DNA from: an uncultured Acidobacteriota bacterium
GTDB lineage: Bacteria > Acidobacteriota > Terriglobia > UBA7540
Length of the DNA stretch: 64,000 nucleotides
Assembly (NCBI GenBank): GCA_963804995.1
Contig: CAWDSK010000001.1
Span: forward strand, 416,001 to 480,000
Direction of reading: 5' to 3'
Shown: one piece after another, positions 9,684 through 18,822 of the stretch
How the letters are laid out: each line of letters begins with the position of its first letter
How positions within the stretch are numbered: the stretch's first letter is position 1
Translations under genes and position numbers: made by a program
Notes under the pieces: generated by a model
What the model was told of the DNA's origin: nothing
Databases searched by the model: none
The model's input: the letters and a program-made list of their open reading frames with translations, nothing else

Positions 9684-12676
9684 CTAGACAGGTAGTTCAG
9701 GTCGTTATAGATGGTAGTGTCGTTCATGGCCTTCGACAGGGTATAGGCAGCTTGAAAACTCAGGCCATGAGAGCTCTGCCGGCGGAGGGTCACCTGAAGA
9801 CCGTTATACCGGGACTCGCCGGTAAACTGGCTGTCGGTCAAGGCGGAGGGCGTCTCTCCCATGAACGGAACGCGCAGTGCCGCGTTGACCGCGGTATTGG
9901 TCGAGATGCAATCGGCAGGCGCTCCCGTGTAGCCACAGTTGACCGGCTTATTGGGACTCGCGAGCAGCGGCTGGTTCAGGCCCACACCGACCAGCAGGTG
10001 GTCACCGTACGAGCCGACATAGCCAACGTCCAGGGTGAAGGCTCGGGGCAGTTTGGTCTGGATGCTCAGGTTGAATTGCTGGAGCTGGGGGATTTTGTAT
10101 TCCGGGCCGGCGATGCGGTCAGAAAGCTGGGAAGTCGGCGTGCGCGCCACAAAGCCCAGCGTGGTCGTCGGAAACGGCTTCGCGAGATCGGACTGGCCAT
10201 TGCTTGAGTCCGTGTTAGTGAAGCCTTGCGCAAACGGCGCCGCGGTGAACAGGGGAGCGCTGGCGGCGTTGGCGCTGAAAGTGGGCGCCTGGTAAAACCA
10301 TCCGTACCCGCCGCGCACCGCCGCGCGCCCGGCGGCTCCGAATGGCTGCCACGCAAAACCAAAACGGGGGGCGAACTTCCCAAGCGGCGTGTTGTTCTGA
10401 TAGAAACTGCGGTTGGGACCGGTCAATACACCCGAGGGCGGTGGACCGAACGGCTTGCCCGTGTACGGATTGATGAGGGCCGGATTGTAGTTCGCCGCCA
10501 CCACGTCGCCGACCAGCGTTCCTGCGGTCGGTGGAATCGGCACTTGCTGCAACAGCGACGGCCAGACGTTCCCGATCGTACCTGCCCTGTCGAACGCGGC
10601 GCCCACATACTCCCAGCGCAGGCCGGCATTGAGCGTAAGCCGCGGCGTCACCTTGAAATCGTCCTGCGCGAACGTGGCCCCGTAATTGTGCCGGTATTGA
10701 TACTGAACCTGGCCCTCCGGCCCCACCCCCTCGTTGGCTCTCACCGTCTCGATGTTGCTGCGGCCGCCGGGGCTTTGGTTATCCGCCGCACTGAGGCCCA
10801 CCAGCAAGTCTTCGAACGTTTCGAACGTGACCTTTCCGCGTGCGGCGCCGGTGTCCAGCCGGTCGTTGTGCTGCATAAGAAAAACTCCACCCACCCGGGC
10901 ATGGTGCCTTCCGTGCACCAAGGAGAGATTGTCCGTCCACGCGAGCGTGTTCGTGTGCGTCGAGAAGTCATTGGCGCCGTTGCCGAAAAAGCGGAACGTT
11001 CCCATGGGGCCCAGCATGGTGACCTCCGGGGGCAGCGGAAACAACGGGTCCACCGGGGTCATGCCGAAGGAACTCGCCGAGGGAGTGCCGACGCCGCGGG
11101 CCGGTTGGAAGGTGCGCGTGTAGGCAAAGCGCGCTTCGTTCGCCACCTTGGGCGTCAGAACCGAGGTTAGCTTGAGGGAGAGCGCCACGTCATGCGCGTG
11201 GAGCGCCTGGGGAGAACCGGCGCCCGGGATCACCGGGGTCACCGTCGCTCCGCCCGGCGCTCCCAGCGATCGGTACTGATTAATTCTTGAAAAGAAGCCG
11301 CGCCACGACAAGGTGTTGACAGACAACGCCACATAGTCGCTGTTCGCCACGAAATGATCCTCGTTGTAATAGGACGGGAAGCTGAAGGACGAGAAACCCA
11401 TGCCCGCATTGCTGCCGGACGGGATGATCGTTTGGGGTACCGGGATCAGGTATGTGCCATCGGGCAGCCGGGTTTGCAGGATGCTCAGGGCCACCGGATT
11501 GATGGGAGCGGTCGTGGCGGTATTCCGGTTCATGCAGTCCAGTTGCTTCCCACCGGCAAAGGTCAGATAGCGTGGGTCGGGCCCGCCCGCACCGGCGCCG
11601 CTTGTCAGCAGATGATTCGCCGGGCAGAACTCGGCCGCCAGCGCCGCCGCCGACCGGTCGCTCGTAAGAGGCGGAAGGATGACCGTGGCCACGGAGGTGG
11701 GGTCCAGACCGTTCACCTGCCGCGTTCCCTGGTAGGAGCCGAAAAAGAACCACTTATCCCGCAGGACCGGGCCGCCCAGCGTCACTCCGAACTGGTTTTG
11801 CTTCAGATTCGGTTTGGGTTGACCGGTGGCATTGCGAAAGAACGCATTGGCGTTGAAGATGTCGTTGCGCACAAATTCCCAGGCGGTGCCGTGATACCGG
11901 CTCTCTCCGCCGCGGGTGATCACGTTGGTGCTCGGCACCATCGCGCCATAGCCGGTGTCGTACTGCGAGGTCTGGATCTTGAACTCGGCGATGGCGTCGG
12001 GATTGGGGACGGTGCTGGGGGAGTAGGCTCCGTCGATGGTGTAGTTGCCTGCCGCCGTGCTTCCATTTACGTTGACCGTCTGGGTTCCTCTGCCCAGGGT
12101 CCCGGCATTGTTCACATCCGCGACCGTGCCCGAGGACATCGAGAGAAGCTGCGCAAAGTTGCGGGTGGTCAGCGGCACGCCGGTGATGGTTTTATGATCC
12201 ACCAGCGTGCCTGACGACGAGGCAGCCAGGCTCAAGCGGCAGTTGCACTCAACCCTCTCCCGGGGGTTGCCGCGTTCCAGGCTGGCATCCAGGGTGGGAT
12301 CTTCCGAAACGTTGATGGCGATCGATGGGGCTTGCGCGGTCTTGAATCCGCGTGCGGAAAAGCTCACACGGTAGACGCCTGGGGCAAGCAACGAGAAGCG
12401 ATAGCTTCCGTCTTCCCCCGAGATCATGGTGAGGGTCTGATTCGTCGCGTTGTTTGTCAGCACGACTTTTGTACCCGGCACGGCTCTGTTTTGGAAGGTG
12501 ATGGTCCCGCCTAACGCTCCCGTGGCGTCAGACTGGGCGCACAGAAAACTCACGCCCCCCATGATCAAGAGGGCTCCGAACGCCGCGCTGAGGAAATTCC
12601 GTCTCCCGCCAAACCCGACTGAGGACCGGTTGCTGCACTCTGCAAAATGAGCGATGTTGCGCCAATGAAATGTCAT
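9684..12676 (-). pseudogene. TonB-dependent receptor with carboxypeptidase-regulatory-like N-domain, N-terminal part (interrupted)
   Basis: DGSYRFSLLAPGVYRV, PNPDAIAEFKIQTS, HGTAWEFVRNDIFNANAFF, FAQDDFKVTPRLTLNAGLRWE; start uncertain. Confidence 0.88.
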
Positions 12677-12921
12677 TAACTGTCCAGGATGAAATGCGTC
12701 ATTCCCCCGGCTCTCCAGGCCGGTAATCGCACAATTGAACTGCGCGTCGCCGTCGGAACCGTCAGATTCGGGGCGGGACATTATTCCTCTTGTTTTGCCA
12801 CCCAACCGTTGTCCCGGTAACGAAGATTGCCGGCCTCGGCACTCTACCGTGGAACATTCTTCGGTGCTGAATTACTGCATGGCGTTGGAACGGGGCGGGC
12901 AAGGTAGAAATTGGCGTCCAA

Positions 12922-13158
12922 TCAGGGTGCCGCTAACCGCAGGTCCGCGGTGACGGGCAATTCAAAGAGGTCGCTCCGCAGCAGGCGCGTGGAGAAGAAC
13001 ATTACTTCCAGGTTCTCCACTTGGCGCGTGGCGGGATTCAGGCGCGCCACCACATCGTCTCCCAATTCTTCCGATTCCTGGGCGGGATAGGGCGGGCACT
13101 TGTCAATGTGCAGGATGTCGGCTTCCCGGTCGTACTTAAAGGTTAACTTCGCGTCCAT
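12922..13158 (-). CDS. DUF2283-like small protein (putative antitoxin)
   Basis: MDAKLTFKYDREADILHI..EELGDDVVAR; overlaps the end of the upstream gene. Confidence 0.7.
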   Translation of the reverse strand: MDAKLTFKYDREADILHIDKCPPYPAQESEELGDDVVARLNPATRQVENLEVMFFSTRLLRSDLFELPVTADLRLAAP

Positions 13159-13463
13159 TCCACGACTCCTTGCCCAAGTTTGCTGACCACGTATGCGGTT
13201 ATCACCCAGTGGCGGCGAGTCCTGCATTCGCTTACGACCACCACAACAACATGCTTACCACCCATGATGTCATCAAACCAGCGTGAGAACAAGCGGGCAT
13301 CTGCGGAGCGGGCGCTCTGCCGGACCTCGTGAGGTTCTGCCAACGTCAAACGGATGCGGTCGCGGATCTTGGGCAAAAGCTCCGGGTGGCGATCCCCGAC
13401 GTGCTTTTCTCGTTCTTCTGTAAGCTCTACTTCGCCCGCCAGGTACGGGCAGGAAAATCGCAC
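13143..13463 (-). CDS. Putative RelE/PBECR-like RNase toxin paired with DUF2283
   Basis: HPEL..LTLAEP..RLFSRWF..KHVVVVV..WVITAY; two-gene TA layout. Confidence 0.55.
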   Translation of the reverse strand: MRFSCPYLAGEVELTEEREKHVGDRHPELLPKIRDRIRLTLAEPHEVRQSARSADARLFSRWFDDIMGGKHVVVVVVSECRTRRHWVITAYVVSKLGQGVVEWTRS

Positions 13464-13614
13464 TCGCTGGTCCCCTCAACATGCCGACATGGCACCACCT
13501 CAACCACTACATGCGCTCCAGTGTATGCGCCGCTCGGGGTGGTCACAAACTGTGACCACCTGTTTCGTGAAGTGCCGTTCCCTAACCCCTAATCCCGAGC
13601 CCCTAACCCCGATC

Positions 13615-13833
13615 TCACCACTCATCGCGCAGCTTTCTCTGCTCTGCGAGGGCGTCACCCTCCCACTGAAGCTTTCCTACCACATCAGCGAAATTGTATT
13701 TGGACCCGTTGGGCTTTGGCGTGCTGCCCACCACCAGGACGAGTTCCACGGCGCCAGCCGGGAGTTCCACCGGCACATCCAGCCGCAACCGCCCGTCCGG
13801 CCCCACCTCACCTTTAGTCTTCACGACCTGCAT
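13615..13833 (-). CDS. Small hypothetical protein, antitoxin-like (orphan)
   Basis: 72 aa ending DALAEQRKLRDEW, typical of PIN-associated antitoxins; flanked by CCCTAA-type heptamer repeats. Confidence 0.55.
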   Translation of the reverse strand: MQVVKTKGEVGPDGRLRLDVPVELPAGAVELVLVVGSTPKPNGSKYNFADVVGKLQWEGDALAEQRKLRDEW

Positions 13834-14293
13834 AGGACGCCCTCCCCGCGCGCGCCAACGGACTCACGCTTGGATTGAGTGTACCACGGGGCCCGGGAAG
13901 TCTATAGTTGACAGTCGAAAGTTGAAAGTCAAGCCGCGCCCTAACCACGAGCCCACCGGGAATGGGATTCGCCCTGTCCACTGCCCCAGTCCCCAGCACC
14001 TCTCCTTCCCGAACCCCTAATCCCGAATCCCTATTCCCTGTATTTCCCATGCTATGAATGTGGATACGCGATGAAGAGCCGCACCGGAACGCAAAATGCG
14101 CGTACCTGTGCGTTACCAACTGCAAGGCATTAGAAAGACTCCCCTCCTGGATCAGGAGGGGTGGCGCGCCGAGCGCCGGGGTGGTCGATCAGAAGAAGGA
14201 GCCTACCGCGTTACCTACTTGCCGGTTGACCGCGAGGGCTGCCTTTCTTGTGTTTAACTATCCACTGACCACTGACAACTAACCACTGCCGTT

Positions 14294-14857
14294 TTGACCG
14301 GCCACAAATTTCATGCGCCGAAAGGCATTGGCGCGCTGTACGTTCGTCGCAAATCGCCATTTTCGCCATTGGTCTACGGCGGGCATCAAGAGCGCAACCG
14401 GCGCGGTGGCACGGAAAGCGTGCCACTAATTGCGGGAATGGGGAAAGCTGCCGAACTGGCCCGCAAACACTTGCCGGACTATGAGCAGAAAGTGCGCCCG
14501 TTGAGGGACGAACTTGAGGAAGGTATCTTAAGTTCTATTCCCAATACGGAATTGAACGGACACAAAACGCAGCGGATTGCCAACACGACAAACATCACTT
14601 TTCACGGCATCGAATCCGAAGCGCTGCTGATCTTGCTCGATAAGGAAGGCATCTGTGCATCGTCCGGCTCAGCGTGCCTTGCCGACTCCGACGAGCCCTC
14701 GCACGTGATTAAGGCGATGAAGCCGGAGGCCATAGCGTCGCGACAAATGATTCGGTTCTCAATTGGTGCCGCCACGGCCAGAGAGGGAATCGAAGTGGTG
14801 GTCAACACCGTAAAGTGCCAGGCGGCTGCTTTGCGCGACGTGTCGTCGCCGCATTGA
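14294..14857 (+). pseudogene. Cysteine desulfurase (DndA/IscS-like), C-terminal fragment
   Basis: Begins at TGHKFHAPKGIGALY (PLP-lysine motif) and contains SSGSAC; N-terminal half missing. Confidence 0.88.
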
Positions 14858-14919
14858 AGGAAGATTAGGGGAGTTATCACCCGGTCGCAGCTCCGGCGAT
14901 TTCTCGCGCCCCGGCATGC

Positions 14920-15993
14920 TCAGCCCTTCGCCATCGCGATTCGGCTCCGCGCCAGCCGGACCGCTTCGTGCAGTTTGCGCTCTAATTCCTTCTTCGGCAA
15001 CAACTCTGTCCAGTAGCTGGCCACGTGAATACCGCTCTTTTCGAGTTCCAGCAGGGCGACGTGCTCCGTACTCTTGCCGGCGCAAAGGATCATTCCCAAC
15101 GGTGCAGCCTCCTGTGGTTCCGCCGCGTACCGTTTCAGCCACCCCAGGTAGAGTTCCATCTGCCCTTTGTCCGCGGCTTCAAACTGCCCGATTTTCAATT
15201 CGATGGCGATCAGGCGACAGAGCTTGCGGTGATAGAAAAGCAGGTCGAGGTGGTAGTCACGGTCGTCAATCTGCATGCGCAACTGGCGGGCTACAAAGCA
15301 GAACCCCACCCCCAGCTCCAAGATGAACGACTCCATCTCCCGCAGAATGGCCGACTCCAAATCCTTCTCCGCATAGGTATCTTTCAACCCCAGAAAATCG
15401 AGGACGTAGGGATCGCGGAAGACCAGGTCGGGTGTGAGCTTGTATTCGTCACGCAACTCCCTAAGCTCACGGCGGATCAGTTTGTCCGGCTTTTTGGAAA
15501 GCGCCGTGCGCTCGTAAAGCATCGACTGGATTTTCTGCTGGAGGGTACGTGTGCTCCAGTTCTCCACCCGGCACATTTCGGTGTAGAAATCCCGCTTGAG
15601 ATGATCCTGAATAGGAATGAGCCGCAGGAAGTGGGTCCAGCCCAATTGTCGTAGCAGCGATACGACAATTTCCCGGTCCGGGTAGGCCTCCGCGAACTGG
15701 ATCATCCGGCGCAGGTTCTTCTCGCCGAATCCCCGGCCGAAATCCCTCTCCAATTGTGCACTCAGTGCGGACACAATCTGTTCGCCATACTCCGCGCGTT
15801 TTTCCTTTAGGATGTCTTGCCGGATGCGCTGCCCCACATGCCAGTAAAGCGTGGTTAGCGCCGCGTCTACCGCGCGGGCGGCGCCTTGGCGGGCTTCTGC
15901 AATCAGTTCCCGCACGTCGGCCAGCAACGCCGCGAGCCCTTGGGGGCGTAAAGCCAGGGCCTTCTTTCTCCCGGGCGGTTTTCGTCCTATCAT
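14920..15993 (-). CDS. YhcG/DUF1016 family PDDEXK nuclease
   Basis: YWHVG, NLRRMIQFA, LGWTHF, RDPYVLDFL, FILELGVGFCFVARQ, DLLFYHRKL..IELK, GQMELYL. Confidence 0.93.
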   Translation of the reverse strand: MIGRKPPGRKKALALRPQGLAALLADVRELIAEARQGAARAVDAALTTLYWHVGQRIRQDILKEKRAEYGEQIVSALSAQLERDFGRGFGEKNLRRMIQFAEAYPDREIVVSLLRQLGWTHFLRLIPIQDHLKRDFYTEMCRVENWSTRTLQQKIQSMLYERTALSKKPDKLIRRELRELRDEYKLTPDLVFRDPYVLDFLGLKDTYAEKDLESAILREMESFILELGVGFCFVARQLRMQIDDRDYHLDLLFYHRKLCRLIAIELKIGQFEAADKGQMELYLGWLKRYAAEPQEAAPLGMILCAGKSTEHVALLELEKSGIHVASYWTELLPKKELERKLHEAVRLARSRIAMAKG

Positions 15994-16268
15994 GGCGCAA
16001 GCTCCAAGCTATAACGCGGCCAGCACCCGGCTTTTGCCAGCGCGGGCTTGCCTTGCAGTTTACCTAATCACCAAACACTAACCACTGTCAACTGCCGTGG
16101 AAGAAGACCCGCACAGGAGCGCGAAATGCGCGCACCCGCGCGCTACAAATTCGGCCCTGGTAACCCCGGGCTACCGGGTTACCTACCTGCCGGTTGACCG
16201 CGAGGGCTTGCTGCTTTCTACCGGTTCAACTGACCACTAACCACTAATCACTGACCACTGCCTTTCCG

Positions 16269-16539
16269 ATGTGGGCGAATAACGAAACGGGTGTGTTGTT
16301 CCCTGTCGAGTCAATCGCGGAAATTTGCCAGTCGCGGGGCGTGCCGTATCACTGCGACGCGGTGCAAGCAGCGGGCAAGGTGGAGATTGATGTGCAAAAG
16401 ATCCCGGCGGACTACCTTTCGCTAACCGGCCACAAGTTCCACGCGCCGAAAGGCATTGGCGCACTCTACGTCCGTCGCAAATCACCATTTTCGCCATTGG
16501 TCTACGGCGGGCATCAAGAACGGAACCGGCGCGGCGGCA
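16269..16539 (+). pseudogene. Cysteine desulfurase (DndA/IscS-like), middle fragment
   Basis: MWANNETG..HCDAVQAAGK..TGHKFHAPKG; 16425-16539 duplicates 14297-14411. Confidence 0.88.
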
Positions 16540-16563
16540 TAGGGGCGGTACCCGGCGAAAAGT

Positions 16564-17088
16564 CTATTTCGACCATTTGAAGGCTAGGACGGTGATCGCC
16601 CAAGGCAATATGGCAAACATCATTGCGGTATAGGCACGCTTCAAGTACTTAAACTTATTATTGATGATCTCTGAATTTCGGTGGCATTGCTCCAAGAGAT
16701 CTTGCAAATGCTGATCAGTCGTTCGGCATGACCAGCACTGACTGAATTCGTTAAACGAGTTGCCAGCGATCGACCCGAAAAACAATAACGATTTAGACGG
16801 ACCTCTGGTGCGTGGGTAGTTGGCGCAGTGAATAAAGGTGAAGCCGGTCGCTAGCATACCTATGGTCGTCGCGAAGGCAACGACCGCCCACCACCTCCAT
16901 TTTTCGGGCTCTGGTGCAAGTGACACTGCAACTCCTAGCATTCCAGTGTGCATTCCCAAGACAACCGAAATTTTGGTGTCCACTTTGCTACCCCACTGAA
17001 GCACTCTATCGAGGTTTTTCTCAGCGTACGCGATCTGTTCGCTCAGGGGCCATCCGGCAACGACTTCGGCATGTACATTATTTTTCAT
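16564..17088 (-). CDS. Pycsar-type transmembrane effector (PycTM/DUF5706-like)
   Basis: W..KVDTK followed by TM helices, YPRT..SLLFFGSIA, DLLEQ..NSEII..KFKYLKRA plus a C-terminal TM. Confidence 0.82.
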   Translation of the reverse strand: MKNNVHAEVVAGWPLSEQIAYAEKNLDRVLQWGSKVDTKISVVLGMHTGMLGVAVSLAPEPEKWRWWAVVAFATTIGMLATGFTFIHCANYPRTRGPSKSLLFFGSIAGNSFNEFSQCWSCRTTDQHLQDLLEQCHRNSEIINNKFKYLKRAYTAMMFAILPWAITVLAFKWSK

Positions 17089-17117
17089 AAGACCAAACTG
17101 ATAGAGCAGTGGGTTTG

Positions 17118-17621
17118 CTAGTCCAATTCTGCGATTCGCTGTCTGAACAATTCCACGAGCTCGTCTGAAATCCAAGCGCCCGCGCGGATCATTTCTTCTA
17201 AGATTCTGATTCCATCGTTCCCCGTAATTTCCCCAATCTCAATTGCGTATTCCAGCACTCCGATTGCGCCGGCGACCGGAATTCCAAATTCCTCCGCGCA
17301 ATTCCGAGCCAGCTTGTCGTTTGTCAAAACAGCGGCCCCTCTAGACCATGCCACCACAATGGCACCAGATTCACCGAGCCCCAGTCCGGGTCTGCCCTCA
17401 CGCAAACGTTGAAATCTCTCCCAGTCCTCCTCGCTGACCAGAGCTACCACCTCCGCACTTGGCATAGCTATGGAAGCACGATCGAGCTCATCTTGCACGA
17501 AGTCGGAAACCAAGAGACGCCCACTAAAAACTCGCTCGAGTGTGTCGAGCGAGCCGGAACGCTGAAAGTCCACGACAACGCTTGAGTCAAGCGACACGCG
17601 GGTTATGCTAAGCCGGTGCAA
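17118..17621 (-). CDS. PIN-domain nuclease (DUF3368-like)
   Basis: LDSSVVVDF, V.DEL, LGLGESGAI, VLTNDKLAR, GAIGVL; TTG start overlapping the upstream stop is inferred. Confidence 0.82.
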   Translation of the reverse strand: MHRLSITRVSLDSSVVVDFQRSGSLDTLERVFSGRLLVSDFVQDELDRASIAMPSAEVVALVSEEDWERFQRLREGRPGLGLGESGAIVVAWSRGAAVLTNDKLARNCAEEFGIPVAGAIGVLEYAIEIGEITGNDGIRILEEMIRAGAWISDELVELFRQRIAELD

Positions 17622-18738
17622 AATCCGTTTCCCTTCTCCATTCCTGGGTCTTAGCCCGCGCTTCGCTGACATTTACGCTAAGTAGTTCGGCGAGTTTTCC
17701 GAGGGACACCATACTGTTGAGAGCGGCCTTTCTCGCGAGATGCGCGAAGCGGCTTGACCTCTCCCAAGCTTCGATCATCGTCTCGTCGAGCGGTACAAAC
17801 TCCTTTCTAGGATCGCTCTGTCGCTTTTCCACCTCCTCCATTAGTCGCCGCTGGTCATCGTCTGAGATTAAGCGGAGGTCCCGAACTCTGCGCAACATCA
17901 TCTGCGCACTGACTTGGAAATATTGCTTCAAGAAAACTATGTCTTCCAAGCCAACGGTCTTGTCCCCAACGTCCCGATGTAAAACGTCTCGAAGTCCCAC
18001 TTCCGGAACTAGAAACGAAGCCGCGAAACAGTCTGCCATCTTCTCGGGCACACTGTCCTTTGGTAGACCGCCGGTCGGTGCGGCACTGCTATACATAGGC
18101 CGATGCATCAGCAGGTGTCCGCATTCGTGCGCTAATGAGAAGACTTGGCGCTCTACCGTGTTGGCGCTGTTGACTAAGATACAGAGACCATAGTTAGAAG
18201 AGTACGCGGATAACGCAAAAACCTCATCTCCCTCCATCTTGTGCCGTAAGATCCTGACCCCCTGCTCATCGAGCAACTTAAAGATGTTTTCAATCGGATC
18301 ACGCTGGCCGAGTCCTAGGCGTTCACGCTCAGAAAGTGCAACTTGGACCGCGTAATCGAACGGCTTCGAATGCGCCCCGGGTCCGCCAGAGTAGTCGGGA
18401 AGCTGGAGTAGATTTTCGGCTCCGACAATTTCCTCTAGCTCACGATACGCTTTGGAATGCCTTTCAAATGATAAGCGGGCGTTCCCGGGAGCGGTCGCCT
18501 CCGCGACAGCCCGGTACAATAACGCCATAGTATCTTGGTCCCCTCTGAAAAAATCAGCGACCGGACAACCAAGAAGGCGAGAAGCTACCAGCAACTTGCT
18601 GCTGTCGATGGCCGTATGACCATTCTCGATGGCGCTGACCGTGGCCCGGGAGAGTCCGATTTTAGCGGCAAACTCCTCTTGGGATAGACCCGCTAACTCC
18701 CTTGCTCTCTTTAGATTTCGTGCGATGATCTCTTTCAA
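17608..18738 (-). CDS. XRE-family HTH fused to ImmA/IrrE (DUF955) Zn-metallopeptidase
   Basis: NLKRARELAGLSQEEFA..SRATVSAIENG HTH; RQVFSLAHECGH (HExxH); EKMADCFAASFLVP; TTG start after GGAGGG (alternative ATG at 18768). Confidence 0.93.
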   Translation of the reverse strand: MKEIIARNLKRARELAGLSQEEFAAKIGLSRATVSAIENGHTAIDSSKLLVASRLLGCPVADFFRGDQDTMALLYRAVAEATAPGNARLSFERHSKAYRELEEIVGAENLLQLPDYSGGPGAHSKPFDYAVQVALSERERLGLGQRDPIENIFKLLDEQGVRILRHKMEGDEVFALSAYSSNYGLCILVNSANTVERQVFSLAHECGHLLMHRPMYSSAAPTGGLPKDSVPEKMADCFAASFLVPEVGLRDVLHRDVGDKTVGLEDIVFLKQYFQVSAQMMLRRVRDLRLISDDDQRRLMEEVEKRQSDPRKEFVPLDETMIEAWERSSRFAHLARKAALNSMVSLGKLAELLSVNVSEARAKTQEWRRETDFAPA

Positions 18739-18760
18739 TTTCCCTCCAGTGTATAAAATC

Positions 18761-18798
18761 CTTGACATATAATTGATCTACTTGTTGTGATTGTCAAG
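18761..18798. promoter_or_regulatory. Divergent promoter region with inverted CTTGACA...TGTCAAG
   Basis: cttgaca at 18761-18767 and tgtcaag at 18792-18798 in an AT-rich spacer; AGGAG RBS before 18823. Confidence 0.6.
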
Positions 18799-18822
18799 TT
18801 AATTCGACATTAGGAGTATCTT

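Noticed and set aside
14294..16539. Functional iscS/nifS or a working Dnd system
   Set aside because: Only out-of-order fragments; the N-terminus and dndB/D/E are absent from the window
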